A DNA stretch of 64,000 nt from Callorhinchus milii (GCF_018977255.1 NW_024704743.1:50904001-50968000); one strand, 5' to 3'; positions 25,590 through 38,481 are shown, counted from the first letter of the stretch. The notes: a model not told the origin generated them from the letters alone. Numbers and translations: made by a program.

Positions 25590-26010
25590 CAGTCTGGCGC
25601 AGTGGAAGAATCCTTACCTCTTGAGTCAGAAGATTGTCGGTTCATGATCCACGTTGATTTGGAATCACATAGTTTTAGCTGACATTCCAATGCAGTGCTG
25701 GTGGTGTGTTGTATTGTCGGAGGTGCTGTCCAGATGAGACATGAAACCAAGGCCCTGTCTACTTGTTCAAGTGGATGCTAAAGTTCCCATATCATTCCTC
25801 AAAAAGAGACAAGAGTTTCTCCCGGTGACCTGGCCAACAACTCCACAATACAGTTTCACGGCTATTTTGGATTATTGCTGTGCACAAAATTGGCTGCTGC
25901 ATTAGCCCACAAAACATACAGTCACTCAACTTTACAGAATATATTTGAAGCGCTTTGGATGTCCTCGTGACTTGAAAGGCTCTATACCAAATATATGGAT
26001 TACTATTATT
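25590..26010 (+). mobile_element. Deu-domain SINE, near full length
   Basis: tggcgcagtgg A-box, ggttcatgatcc B-box-like, Deu-like core, L2-type tail. Confidence 0.8.
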
Positions 26011-26919
26011 TAAGTCTTTTGGTCCCAGTTTCTTACTGTGCTTTGAAGTAACATTCTAAGTTTGTGTTATCTATTACCATTAATATAATAAATACTTTGA
26101 AGAAGTTCCTCTTTTACAGGTTTCTTTCCAAACTGACTCAATTTGTTTTCAGCAGCTATGCTGTGATTTGGCATTGAAATGCTCCTATGCTCCTCAGTTG
26201 GTAATAATAATGGCAGTGCTGAAATATGTAGATTGGCTCCTGACCAATCATTGTGCCAAAGTCAGCGGGAGTTCCAGACCCAAGGCCAGTCTTTAGTCAA
26301 TAACTGAAAATTGTGATGTTTCATACAAGTTCCATTGCTGTGGCAAAATCGGCTGCTGCATTCACCCACAAAACATGGAATCATTTCACTTTAAAATATG
26401 CACTATGAAATTTTTTGAAGCATCCACCCAAAGTGAAAGGCGCTATATCAAATGTAAGATTATTCTTAGATTTGATAATGGGTCTGTAAAGAATCATTGC
26501 AATTTGCATCTTTGTGTTTCTCTAATCATTTCCTTTACACTTAGGCTCAGTCTTGTGTCCTTTTTGTGAACTTAACTAATTCAACTTAGCTTTATGTAGG
26601 ATGGTGACCACACAATCGATATTCTCAATGAAATCAGACAAGTACATTGCAAAGTCATGCAAAACTGTCTGCTTCAGCACAACAAGGTCTAATTTATGAC
26701 GCTTCATTGAAGGATTGCTAAGGGTAGAATCCTACAGGTGTTGATGAGTCTCGCTCTGCCACCTGGAATGGCAAACTTGGCCAATCTTCAGCCAAATCTC
26801 TTTTGGCCCTGGTGCTTCTTCAGAATTGAATGAGAGATTTGCATCCAAATGGAGTTCAAGTGAGTCAGTATGAGACACATCTAAAAATATGCAATGTTCT
26901 AAAATTACGAATCATTTCC

Positions 26920-27310
26920 AAAAGCTGGAATTGTTCTCCTTAGAGCAGAGAAGATTAAGGGGGTATTTAATAGAGGGGTTCAACATTATGAGGGGTTTCC
27001 ATTGGCGGGCAGGTCAGTAACCAGAGGACCCAGATTTAAGATAATTGGCAAAAGGGAGATGAGGAGAATTTTTTTTATGGAGTGAGTTGTTACGATTTGG
27101 AATGCACTGCCTGAAAGAGTGATGGAAGCAGATTCAATAATAACTTTCAAAAGAGAATTGGATGTATACTTGAAAAGGAAAAAATCACAAGGCTATCAGG
27201 AAAGAGCAGGGGAGTGGGACTAATTGGATAGCTCTTTGAAAGAGCCGGCACAGACATGAAGGCCGAATGGCCTCCCTCTGGGCTGTAAGATTCAATGATT
27301 CTATAATTCT
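26920..27310 (+). mobile_element. CR1 LINE 3' end
   Basis: Translates as LELFSLEQRRLRG and IWNALPERVMEADSIITFKRELD; ends gccgaatggcctccctctgggctgtaagattcaatgattcta. Confidence 0.9.
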
Positions 27311-27902
27311 TTCACAAATTGTCTAGATATTGAGAGTAAAATTTTTTCCAATATTCCCAGTCTCTTTCAAAGTCTCAAAAAACGCTTGTGTTATGATAAG
27401 TATATGTGAAACACAATTTGCATATTTAAATAAACACATCATTATTTGTGGTTGCAAGTGTTGATCAAAAGTCATGGCATCAGATGCGGCCCTGTGGCCC
27501 GTGATAATGAATTACATCGCTTACGTCGAGGATAAATGATGACATCTGTAGGTTAATCTCATAATTAACACCATATACCAGTCAATTCTTCCATCAACCT
27601 CCCCAGTCTGCAATTGGTGAGGATGAATGAGTCATGGATGTGCTGCCAAGGAACTTGCCTCCACGCTGGTGTTGATATGCCTGGCATTACGTAACGCTTG
27701 TACATTAACAAAATGGAATTGTAAATCAGGCGTGTAGTCTCAGCAGGTACACAGATGACGCAATGATTATAATTTTTCACACCCAAGACATTAAAATGCA
27801 GAAATGTGAAAGAATGTGTTTTTGATTCTCTGGTGCTGTTATGGGAATAGTAAGGACAAAGATTTTACTGCTGCCAACAATGCAAAATTATTAGGAATGG
27901 GA

Positions 27903-28190
27903 GGCCCAAAAATCCACTAAATTTCAGTCTGTTAACAGCAACAACAACAAAATTACATATCTATAGCGCTTTTCACGTCGGGAAGACGTCCCAAGGCACT
28001 GTTAACACTGCTTTATCCTAAAATATAGATTGAGGAATATCACTGAATTTGGAAGCCAGTTTTCTGTAGTTCTTAAAAGAAAAGTCTTCAAAATTAAGCC
28101 TGAATTGAAGACTTTTTCACAATTCTACACAATCCTAACGTTTAAGACAAATTGGTCTTAACTAGCGAAGATTAAGTGGAATACCAGGCC
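27903..28190. mobile_element. Palindromic MITE with a nested 61-nt L2 tail (27938-27998)
   Basis: Ends ggcccaaaaatccact and agtggaataccaggcc are inverted; insert flanked by ctgttaaca repeats. Confidence 0.7.
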
Positions 28191-28262
28191 AAGGTTTTAT
28201 GAACAGTCGGAGTGACAGATAAGCTCCCTGAGCCAAGAGTGGCACTGAGCCATACACAAAGG

Positions 28263-29735
28263 AACAACAACAAAATTACATTTATATAGTGCCTTTCATG
28301 TCAGGAGGATGTCCCAAAGCGCTGGACAGTCAGAGTTTCGGACCTGAGCTGGGGTCAGGGAGGCTGGAGGTCAGCGGTGGAAGCAGAGTGATCGAAAGCA
28401 CGGTCGAAGTGGACGGTCTTGAGATGGATATTGAAGGAGGCAAGTGATGGGAAGCAGCGGAGGGACTGCGGGATAATAGTTCCAGTGGTTGGGGCAGAGT
28501 GGCAGAAGCCCCGCCCACCAATGGTGGGGTGGGCGAGGTGGGGGACGTGAAGCAGGCCGGAGCTGCTGAGTGGTGGGAGCGGGTAGGATGGTAGGGGTTA
28601 GGGGGTCGCAGAGGTAGGGGGGAGCAAGACCATGGAGGGCTTTGAAGGTGAGGACCAGGATCTTGAACTGTATTCTCTGTGTGATCTGTGTGATGGGAAT
28701 CGGGCGAGGATGGGGGTGATAGTGGAGTCCTGTAGCTCAGTGGTTAGAGCACTCGCTTTGCAAGCGAGAGACCTGAGTTCAATTCCAGGCAGGACGAAAC
28801 CTTGGGCAAGTTTCCTTACTCCACACGCCTAATAATAATCCCTCCAAAACCCAAAACAATAATAAATTGGTCATTTTCGATCTACAACTGTTTGTGGGAC
28901 ATTGCTGTGCGCAATTGGCTGCCGCGTTCGCCCACAAATATACAGTCAATTCACTTTACAGTGTGTTCTGTGAAGCGCTTTGGGACGTCCTCCCGACGTG
29001 AAAAGCGTTATATCAAAATGCAAGGATTATTGTTATTATTATTATAGGTTCACAGAGCCTGGTGCAGGAGAGGACATGGGCTGCAGAGTTCTGGCTGCAG
29101 TTTATGGAGGGAGGAGTTGGGGAGGCTGACAAGCAAAGAGTTTGCATAGTCCAGCCTCGATGTTATGAAAGCATGTATGAGGGTTTTGGTGGCCTGCAAT
29201 GCGAGGCAATGGTGGAGCTGGGTGATGTTGCAGAGGTGGGGGAAGGCAGAGAGGGTCATGACACAGATGTGGGGTAGAAAGGATAGTTGAGGGTCGAACA
29301 AGATGCCAAGGTTCTGGACTGGCTTAGCAAGGTAGAGTGTGCAAACATGGATGGTGATATTGTCAGTACCTGAGGTGTGGAGGCGCTGATGGGAGCCAAT
29401 CAGGAGGGCTTCAGTCTTGTTAATAATAATAATAATCCTTGCATTTGATATAGCGCTTTTCATGTCTTCTAGATGTCTCAAGGGACTTCACAGAATGTGC
29501 TGTAAAGTGAATTGACTGTATATCTGTGGGCAAAATGCAGCAGCCAATTGTGCACAGCAGTGTCCCACAAACAGTCATGAATTGAGTGACTTTCTTCAGT
29601 TAAATGTAGTTGATGTTTAACTGGAGAAAGTTACCTCTCATCCAGGACTTGATGTCTGACAGACATTCTGTCAGGACACCAGTGGTCCTGGAGTCAAGGG
29701 TGGAGCCAAAAAGGTACAGTTGGGTGTCACAAGCA
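28263..29735 (-). mobile_element. 5'-truncated L2 LINE carrying two nested SINEs
   Basis: (TTG)n tail at 28263; KTEALLIGSHQRL...NLGILFDPQLSF...AFITSRLDY; colinear L2 resumes after the SINEs at 28724-29046 and ~29421-29590. Confidence 0.88.
28724..29046 (+). mobile_element. Young tRNA(Ala-like)-headed SINE, full length, short variant
   Basis: A-box tagctcagtgg, B-box gttcaattc, anticodon arm CTCGC-TTTGCAA-GCGAG, CpGs retained, nearly identical to 44299-44607. Confidence 0.95.
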
Positions 29736-29954
29736 AAATTCTTGGTGTATGCTCAGTCATTTCTGCCAAGAGGCTATGTGACTGAATTTTTGAAGTCCTG
29801 TGAAATGCATTTGTAGTAAAACTTAGAATCTTTAATAAGCCACATTGGAGTACTCGTACTCCCAATGTAATAATAATAAATAATAATTTTTGTATTTGAT
29901 ACAGCGTTGTTTACCTTCTGGAGGACATCTAAAAGCACTTCATAGAATTTACTG

Positions 29955-30291
29955 AAATAATAATAGTCCTTGCGTTTGATATAGTGCCCTATCATGTCTT
30001 TGAGATGTCTCAAAGCGCTTCACTGTATATTTTGTGGGCGACACACGGCAGCCAATTGTGCACAGCAGTGCCCCACAAACAGTTGTGGATTGAGTGGCCA
30101 ATTTTTTGTTAAGCAATTATTACACCTGGAAAAGCGATATGCTAATCGATTAACAACTGGGTTCCTACTTACTGCTAGGTAAACAGAGGTGTGTGGAGTA
30201 GAGATTTGCCCAACATTTCGCCCTGCTGGGAATCTAACCCAAGTCTGTTGCTTGCACGATGAGTGCTCTAACGACTGAGCTACAGGATTCC
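29955..30291 (-). mobile_element. tRNA-headed SINE, full length, long variant, nested in an older SINE tail
   Basis: Full head-to-tail match to 11944-12310; host SINE at ~29868-29954 and ~30293-30340. Confidence 0.88.
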
Positions 30292-31332
30292 AGTGACCGT
30301 GTAGTGACTGGGTATTTTTTTGCAGGCGAATGTAAATGTGGTACTGGCTTCACTCATGTGAAAGTAGCCAGAAACATCTGTCTCTGATTCCACAATGTGC
30401 ATTGCCTTATTGCACACAGTAGAGTGGCCACTGCTGAGATGTAGGCAAAGCATGCTCTTTTGTTGTAAATAAATGTTACTGCTTTCATCACAAACAATAG
30501 GCAGCAGGAATATGTTAGCATAATTGAATTAATTTTTGTTAAAGATTGTTCCAGGTTAAGAGTGCAGAAATTGTGTGCATTATCTTTTTGACAAATTGTG
30601 AATGTTTGCACCTATGATGCCTGACCCCAGCTAATCATGTATAATACATGCAGCTGCCCTTAAAGCTTTTGGAGTTTTATCCGTAGAAGTTTCACTCACG
30701 TTTTCTTCCTCACAGTGAAGACTTTCTATCCCCAATTTCTTATCATTTCCTGGGATGAACATTAGAGGATATCCCAGAATAAAGAATAAGATGTACAGAA
30801 TAGGCTATTCAGAACAAGTATGGTATCGATCTTCTCGCTCGGAAAATAACTTGGCTGCAGCGGAGGATTTAAACTAATATGGCAGAGGTAGGAAGAGACA
30901 CATTGTGATATAGACGGGGCATGTGGGGTAGTAATATGCAGAAAGCAAAGTCACATTGACTCATGTGGAGTATAAAACACTGGCAAGGCCTGGTGGACCA
31001 AAATGCCCGTTTCCATGCTGTGCATTCTTTGTAAATCTTTGTAAGTCTATGTAATGGCTTTATCTTTGTGTCCTTGTACAGAACAAAACCCTGTGATTTT
31101 CATTTCTTTAACTTAACTGTTTACACCTTAAAGATAAATTTTAAAGTGCACTTTGTTGACTTCTCAACTACTGCTGCTACTTTTACATTTGCAGAGATTC
31201 TATGGATAGAAGAGCCTATATTTTGATAGCAATTTTTCACATCAAAACATGTAATTACCACCAAGCATAGTGACTGTTTATTGCAGGCAAGCAGGGCAGC
31301 CATTCGCACTAACCAGATCCCACAAACAGGTA

Positions 31333-31653
31333 TAATAATAATAATAATATTAGTAATAATCCTTGCGTTTGGTATAGCTCTTTTCATGTCTTCTAGACGT
31401 CTCAAAGTGCTTCACAGAATAGACTGTAAAGTGAATTGACTGTATATTTGTGGGCGAAATGCGGCAGCCAATTGCGCACAGCAGTGTTCCACAAACAGTT
31501 GTGGATTGAAATGACCAACTTATTCTTTTTTTGAGGGATTATTATCAGTCGTGTGGAGTAAGGAAACTTGCCCAAGTTTTTGCCCTGGTGGGAATTGAAC
31601 CCAGGTCTCTCGCTTGCAAAGCGAGTGCTCTAACCACTGAGCTACAGGACTCC
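31333..31653 (-). mobile_element. tRNA-headed SINE, full length, short variant, nested in an older Deu SINE (~31230-31880)
   Basis: Intact head at 31581-31653; the host SINE resumes at aatgaggtgaatgatcaa. Confidence 0.92.
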
Positions 31654-31878
31654 AATGAGGTGAATGATCAATTTATCTGGGGCCAGGATCCTAAAGCAAA
31701 GTTTCTTCTCTTTCCATAAAGGATCTTGGGCTTTATAAATCCATCTGAATAGATGGCACCTTGGTTAATGTCTCATCTTTTTTTCTCATCTGAATGACTT
31801 CACCACTGGCAATCCAGCACTTCCCCATTATGGCACTGAAGTATTAACTAGGGCTACAAGCTCAAATCCTGAAGTGGA

Positions 31879-31978
31879 TTTTTTTTGGTCAGCCGGGTGT
31901 CTGACAAATGCTGAAACCCATCACTATGCTTAAGAGTATCCAAACCAAACTGCGAATACCATTCATCCAACTACACAA
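31879..31978 (-). mobile_element. Family X 3' fragment with poly(A) tail
   Basis: ttttttttggtcagccgggtgtctgacaaatgctgaaacccatcactatgcttaagagtatccaaaccaaactg. Confidence 0.8.
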
Positions 31979-32468
31979 CTGATTGTTGAAGACAGAAGTT
32001 AGAGTGAGTTATACTGAATTATACTGAGTTATACTGTGGTGTTAAGACTAAATGTAAAAGCTATCAAGGATTACCATCTAACTACAATGCATTTTAACTA
32101 ACATCCAAACATATTCTGCTGTGGTAACAACTTTTCATGTCATTAATTTCTTTTTAGCGAGGTATATATGGACAAGAAATCCCCAGATTAACATTCCTTT
32201 CTGATTTTAAATATCAATACGGCTCAGTTAGTAGCACCCTTCCTCTGGGTCAGAATATTTTGGTTTCAGTGCCAGACTAGGACTTGACCTCACAATTTAG
32301 CGTTTATCAATAAACACAAAGGCCCAACCTGTTAAAGCATTTTAAGCATTTTAAACCTATAATAAGCTGTTTGTGTCTTTAAAATTAATTTTAAAATATG
32401 CTTGTATATTGGTGGCAGAGAAGTCGCATTCCTTGGAAATTGTATCACCCAAAGGTGACCTCCCAAGT

Positions 32469-32843
32469 TAATAATAATAATTGTTGCATTTGATATTGCG
32501 CCTTTGAGAATATTGAGACCTCTCAAAGTCCTTCAAAAGCTATATTGTATAATATAGTGACTGTATTTGCTAGGCGAATGTGGCAGCCAATTTGCGCACA
32601 GCAATGTCCCATGGAGTGAGTAACCAATTTTATTTGGGGACTGTTGGCAAGGACACCAATAGAAACCTCTTTTCACATAGTGTAGTTCTGTATAATCCTT
32701 AATGTCCTTATTAGGCAGGCAGGACCTCAGTTTAAATGTTCCATATGAAAGATAGCACCTTCAACAACGCAGCCCCAGCACTCAATTGGAACATCAGCCC
32801 AGACAGTCTGAGTTCAATGTCCCAACTTGAGGCTTCAACCCAG

Positions 32844-32874
<31 letters not shown>

Positions 32875-32890
32875 AACAGATCCAGGCTGG
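32469..32890 (-). mobile_element. Deu-domain SINE, near full length
   Basis: Head (ttctgactcagaggcaagagtgctaccaac on the + strand), Deu-like core, (ATT)n tail. Confidence 0.8.
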
Positions 32891-33087
32891 CTTCTGAGTT
32901 TCAAAGGCGGCTGGAGTGTTCAATTATACCAGATGGAGTTGTTGCCAGATTTGTATGGCTCCAAGGTCTTTATCATTTATATCAACAGGATTTATCCAGT
33001 GCAAAAATCCAAGCACTACAAGAACGTTAAGATCAAATGTCTAAAGATAGTTGGAAGAATTAGTCATCGGACATGATTGCTTATTGT

Positions 33088-33988
33088 GAAGCCCAGGCGC
33101 TGGACAGTCAGGGGTCAGGACCCAAGCATGGGGGAGGGGTGGGGTAGGGGTGAGGGAACGCAGAGAAGTGGGAGGGTGACCAAAGTTTTGGATGATCTGC
33201 AGCTTGTGAAGGGAAGAGTTGGGAAGGCCGATGAGGAGGGAATTTCCATAATCGATCCTTGATGTGATGAATGCGTGGGTGAGGGTTTCGGAAGCCTGAG
33301 GGGTGAGGCAGTGGCGGAGTCTGGCGATGTTGCGGAGGTGGTGGTAGGCAATGCCGGTCATGCTGCAGATGTGGGGGAGAAAAAACAAAGGTTAAACAAG
33401 GCACCCAGGTTCCTACTGGCTTAGTGAAGTTGAGTGTGCAGCCGTGGAGGTTGATGCTACCAGTGCCCGAGGTACGGAGGCGCTGGCGCGAGCCAATCAG
33501 GAGGGCCTCTATCTTGCTGACGTTCAGTTGGAGAAAGTTGTCCCTTGTCCAGGACTTGATGTCAGACAGGCAGTCGGTCAGGACGCCAGTAGTCTTGGAG
33601 TTGAGGGTGGAGGCAGAGAGATAGAGTTGGGTGTCATCCGCATACATTTGGAAATTTACCCCATGTCTACGGATGGTGTCACCAACGGGGAGCATGTAGA
33701 GGGTGAAGAGGAGGGGACCGAGAACAGAACCCTGAGAAATGCCGCACCAGACAGTGCGGGGTTGGGGGAAAAGCCGTTTGCTGAGACGAAGTGGAGGTGG
33801 TGTGAAAGGTAGGACCAGTCAAGGACAGAACCTTGGAAGTTGAGGTGGGAGGAGAGGCGGTGGAGGAGGATTGAGTGGTTCACGTTGTCAAAAGCGGCGG
33901 AGAGGACGAGGAGGCAGAGGGAGCCCTGGTCACACATGGTCAGGATGATATTTGTAACCTTGACCAGAGCAGTTTCCGTGCTGTGGGC
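33088..33988 (-). mobile_element. L2 LINE RT fragment with internal deletion
   Basis: [32 protein letters not shown]; jumps from KLQIIQN directly into the 3' UTR near 33185. Confidence 0.93.
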
Positions 33989-36954
33989 AGATGATGTCCT
34001 GCACTGTGACAATATAGCAAAAGTAATTTATTAATGTCAACTGAAACTGGAATTAGAAAGCAACTTCAAAGTTATTGTCTACTATCTATTCGGTTTTGTT
34101 TGCAATAAGAAGATATCATGTGAAAAGAAATGTAATGAGACCAGATTGGAGACTGACAAGGGTTTGTCAGGAAAACAACAGCATGAAAGCTGTCTTGCAC
34201 ATTGGGGTGTAATGTGTATTCCCTCTATTCTCCCTCTATTCACGCACCCCACTCTTCTGATTCCAGTGTAACTGTATGCTCCCCATTCCTCCTGATAAAA
34301 CCATCATTGGCTGAGCTTTCAGTTACCATTCTGTACACTGCGCTCTTTCTCCCTATCTTTTATAATCCACTGTAAAAAAATCTCACTTATTTAACTGTGC
34401 CTTTGGTCAGCATCTTTAAATGCTCAATCTCATCATTTTTCTGTGAAGCGCTTCAAAATGCTGATTCTGCATGAAAGGCGCTAGAGAAGCGCAAGTTGTA
34501 TTTCTTCTTCTTTGCCATCAAGATCCTTGAAATGATTATTGCTGTTGCTACTCTTGTTGTTATTGTTGAATTTACCAATGACCAGATGATCAATCACCCC
34601 AGGAAAGTTACAATGTGGTTATTTGCTCCTGTTGAAATGAATTACAGTACATTTTATGTTTGAGCATGCTCTTATGATGTTTGTAACACTGTATGGCACA
34701 TCAGAGTGTGGCACATCATAACCGTCATGTTTGCTGTGCTCTTTTCATGTCATACAGAGATGTAAGCCATTTCCATTTTTTTTATTTTGATGAGATTTGT
34801 GTGTTATTGCTTTTGTCTCTCTACCAGGGGTTGCAAGACCAGTGTGACTGATGCTAAGCACAAAGAACAAGCAAATGCGATTCAAGCAATAATGTGAATT
34901 TCTCATTTACAGTCTATTACCAGGAGTTAATATGTTTAGTCTATGTTGTAAATGAATATTCATTTTAGACGATAAGTATGACTAATTACTCGATAAAATC
35001 AAAATTTTAAAATAGGCTGTGAAAAATATAAAACATGCCTGTAGCATTCTCACTCGGAACTAAGTAGTTATAGTATGAAATCAATCCAAAGCATCTTCCT
35101 AAGGGGAATTATTAACACCATTATGAAATAGCAGCCCTGAGCGTACACGATTTTCAGAACTAATTACTTGGACTACAAATGAAGTCTGCGTATGTTGATA
35201 TTTTAAATATATTTAATTGCCAGCTAACGGGATTTGCTTTAACCTTTTCTGCTGTGTGTCTACAAACACCATGCAACTATTTGTATGTTATGCACTGCAA
35301 GCATTGGTAAATAATGTTATCAAGCGCTCAGAGCTATTTGAGAGGACAAACTGAAATAACAAGAGTTGGTGTACAAAATCTAATTATTCTGCACTTGTGG
35401 TCTCACATTAATTAATCCCTGGTGGTGAAATTGTGGCCAAACTATTATTAATTTGATGAAATAGCCAGCTGCTATCATATTTAGCACGTTTTATTTTTTC
35501 CTCATCAAGTAAAGCTGTATTTATTTGAACATCTCAAAACCCTTTGTATAGTTATTAAATATGTTATGAATGTTACATCCATGACTTTTGATTTTGTTAT
35601 TCCCATATCCTGTTGCTCTGTACCTTTGATTCCTGTAAGTGAGAACCTGATAAAAGAATTGTTTTTGCCACATGATGAATAAATAAAGAATCTCTCATCA
35701 GTGACAGTATACCGCTCCAACATTTCCTTCACGACTGCAAAATGCCCATTCCAACACTGCCGAGTTATGATGATCCTATGTACCAGTGTAAAATATATCT
35801 GCAACATGCTGTCATTCAGAATTAGTGGATGTCAGCTACGCTGCATGATTCTCATACCACAAATGAGTCTGACCATATAACTGAATGACAGTCACAATTT
35901 GGTTATGCTGGTCTGGTTCTTTAGTGTCACACAGTAGATCCTCAATAGGGAATTGTGGAATGCACTGTATATCAAGGATACTCATTGAGAAACTGTGGAG
36001 CAAGTCATGTGTATACGATACTCAACTGGGACCTACAGAATTTACAGCAAAGACAGAGGCCATTCAGCTCATCAAGCCTATGCTGGTGTCAGCTCCTCCA
36101 CTGGAGCTACCTACTACAATGCCAATTCCATTTTTGGTTCCAGATAAGACATCCTCATGACATGAAGGTTGTTACATCAAACACAAGGATTATCATTAAT
36201 TTTTCACATAATCTCATGGTACTTTACAGAATGAGATTAATTCAAAATGAAAATGTTATGAAGGTAAATATGGTAGCTGATTTTGCATCGATAAAATAAT
36301 TGGAGAAGAGAGCTGGGGTGTTGCAAAAGGAGAGAGTAGCAGCCTTGGGTTTGATAACTTCACAGTTGGAAACAGTGCCACAACACTGACAACGACAACA
36401 ACTTATATTTATATAGTGCCCTGCATGTGGGTAGGCGAGGATATGTATTATTTGGGTTCTTTACTCTTTTTTTAGCGCATTCTTCATTTTCTTTCATTCT
36501 CTCCTAAACACAGTGACTCAGACTGGTCCACTAGTACCTTATGAATCGTATGAAACAAAAACATCAATGTATTTATGAATCTCGCAATGCTTTAGTAGTT
36601 ATGGTCATGACAGAATTTACAGCATTTTCACTCCATTAATGCTGGCTTTAGGCAGGAGTGGAGCGTGGGTAATGTGGTGACAGCAGTGAGACAACACAGA
36701 ATGTGACGGGATGCAATGTGATACTACGTGTTCCAGAGAAGGGTTAGAGGAGCTTATATGTTTTGAGAAGATTTGGAGGATACCACACACTCAAAAGATA
36801 GGCTGAGAGTTCTAGAGAAGTATGTGATGGTCCAGAAAAGGTTTGTTTGTTCTGGAGAACTATCGGAGGAATCCATATGTTCTAGGGGAGGGTCAAATGA
36901 GGATCTAATCTTTTTTTATTAAAAATATGGTTCTGTTGAATACCAATGTTGTCT

Positions 36955-37295
36955 CATACAATGGCCTTGTGGGCAAAGGCACTGCCCAGTGAGCACTAAG
37001 CCAGCCAGAACAGAAGGTTGCTGGTCTGTGCTGAGGTAACCAATCTTAGTCAATGTGTCAGCTGGAGCATCCCAGATTAGGCAGGGGAAAATCAGACAGG
37101 GCACTTAGGTCCTGGATGTGTTTGGTGAAAACAAGTATCAGACTCAGCTATGAAACTTCTTGCTATCAAATTGCTTGCCAGAACTCACTGTCCAGGCTCA
37201 CACATGGACAAGATACTGGAGGGCAAATAGCCATCTGTGAAACAATACCCCAGTAGAAATAAGAGCCAAAGGAATCAAATGCCTTCAAAAGAGCA
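36955..37295 (+). mobile_element. Ancient chondrichthyan SINE-like repeat, decayed
   Basis: ggcactgcccagtg...ggtctgtgctgag...ggggaaaatcag...actcactgtccaggctcacacatg resembles a shark interspersed repeat I recall; not verified against a library. Confidence 0.45.
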
Positions 37296-38468
37296 TAAAA
37301 AAGTGAGAACAACTGTTGAACAATTCCCATAGTACAGCATCTAAGAGACCTCTTTGGATTATAACACGTGCACTAATGTCACAGCTTGGATGGGAATATT
37401 CTTAAAAAATGCACAACAATTTATAGAAAGAATTCTGATCAGTTAAGTCTTTGGGTGCTGAAAGGTCCTCTCAGTTCTCAAACAGCACTGCGCACATCTA
37501 TTCTTACACATTAACAGCTGGTAAATGTGTTTTCTAAAGTTGAGCATAATAAAGCATAAATACAGAAAGTCACAGTGTTTAAGTGATAAAAATTGTGCAT
37601 TGATTTTTTCTTGGGGGGGCGGGGGTTTTGTCCTCTGAAAAACAACAATGGTTCTCAAATGGTTAATGGGAAGGGAGCCAGCACAGAGCATCACAGGTCA
37701 CAAATACTACACTGAGCACTTCCCAAAAGTGATGGAGCAGCGGTACAAATTATTTGACTCAATTGCATTCATATGCAGAGCCTGAATGGGTTTTATGTTT
37801 GTTAATGACTGGGTTTGTTTGTATTTGTGGCTGCTTGTTCAGATCAAGTGTGCTCATCAAAGTATTTAATTCTCATTTCAATGAGACTTTCTGTGTTTTT
37901 TTCCACTCTCGTCTTCAGTCTCTGTGATACAGAAACTGGCTTTCTTTCCTGCTGCATCGAACACTTCGAACGGGTCAGTTATAATTTATTGCCAAACCCA
38001 TGGTGTTTCTGTCAGATGTGCACTCAGGTACTGAAAAGGTTAATATTATTTTCACATCTGATACCTTTTGCCATCAATTTTTTTTTTTGTGTGTGTGGTA
38101 TATAAAATCTTCCTGGACACCTAATTATGAAGCCAGCTCACAGCTGTCTGCCTGAAGAACCCATTAGATGCACCAGTTGAAGCTTCCATAATTCCCAAAC
38201 TTCCTGGATCTGAATATTAAGAATAGATTTTACATGTCATATGCAATTCCATGGTGGTGTGAATGGTCGTGGAAATGACTAGCTCTGAATGCTTGTCTAT
38301 CACTCTATTCAATGGTTACAGGTGGTCTCATTTGCCAGTTTCAGATATCTGCTGGCTATGACAGCAGGCACATAATTTGCATGTTCAACAGACAACAAAC
38401 GGGCTTCTGCATGTCAAAATAGGTGACGAAGCGTGACAGTTTCTACACAATGCTGTCTCCTCTTTGCT

Positions 38469-38481
38469 TGACCTTTGACCT
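38469..38481 (-). promoter_or_regulatory. Perfect nuclear receptor DR1 motif (AGGTCAAAGGTCA)
   Basis: TGACCTTTGACCT on the + strand within a repeat-poor block; the motif is certain, its function is not. Confidence 0.4.

Noticed and set aside
28724..28796. Functional tRNA-Ala(TGC) gene
   Set aside because: It runs directly into a SINE body, has a mispaired T arm, lacks G3:U70 and has no nearby Pol III terminator.
28802..29047. Recurrent short ORFs such as WDIAVRNWLP...SRREKRYIK at several loci
   Set aside because: Translations of SINE copies, not a gene family.
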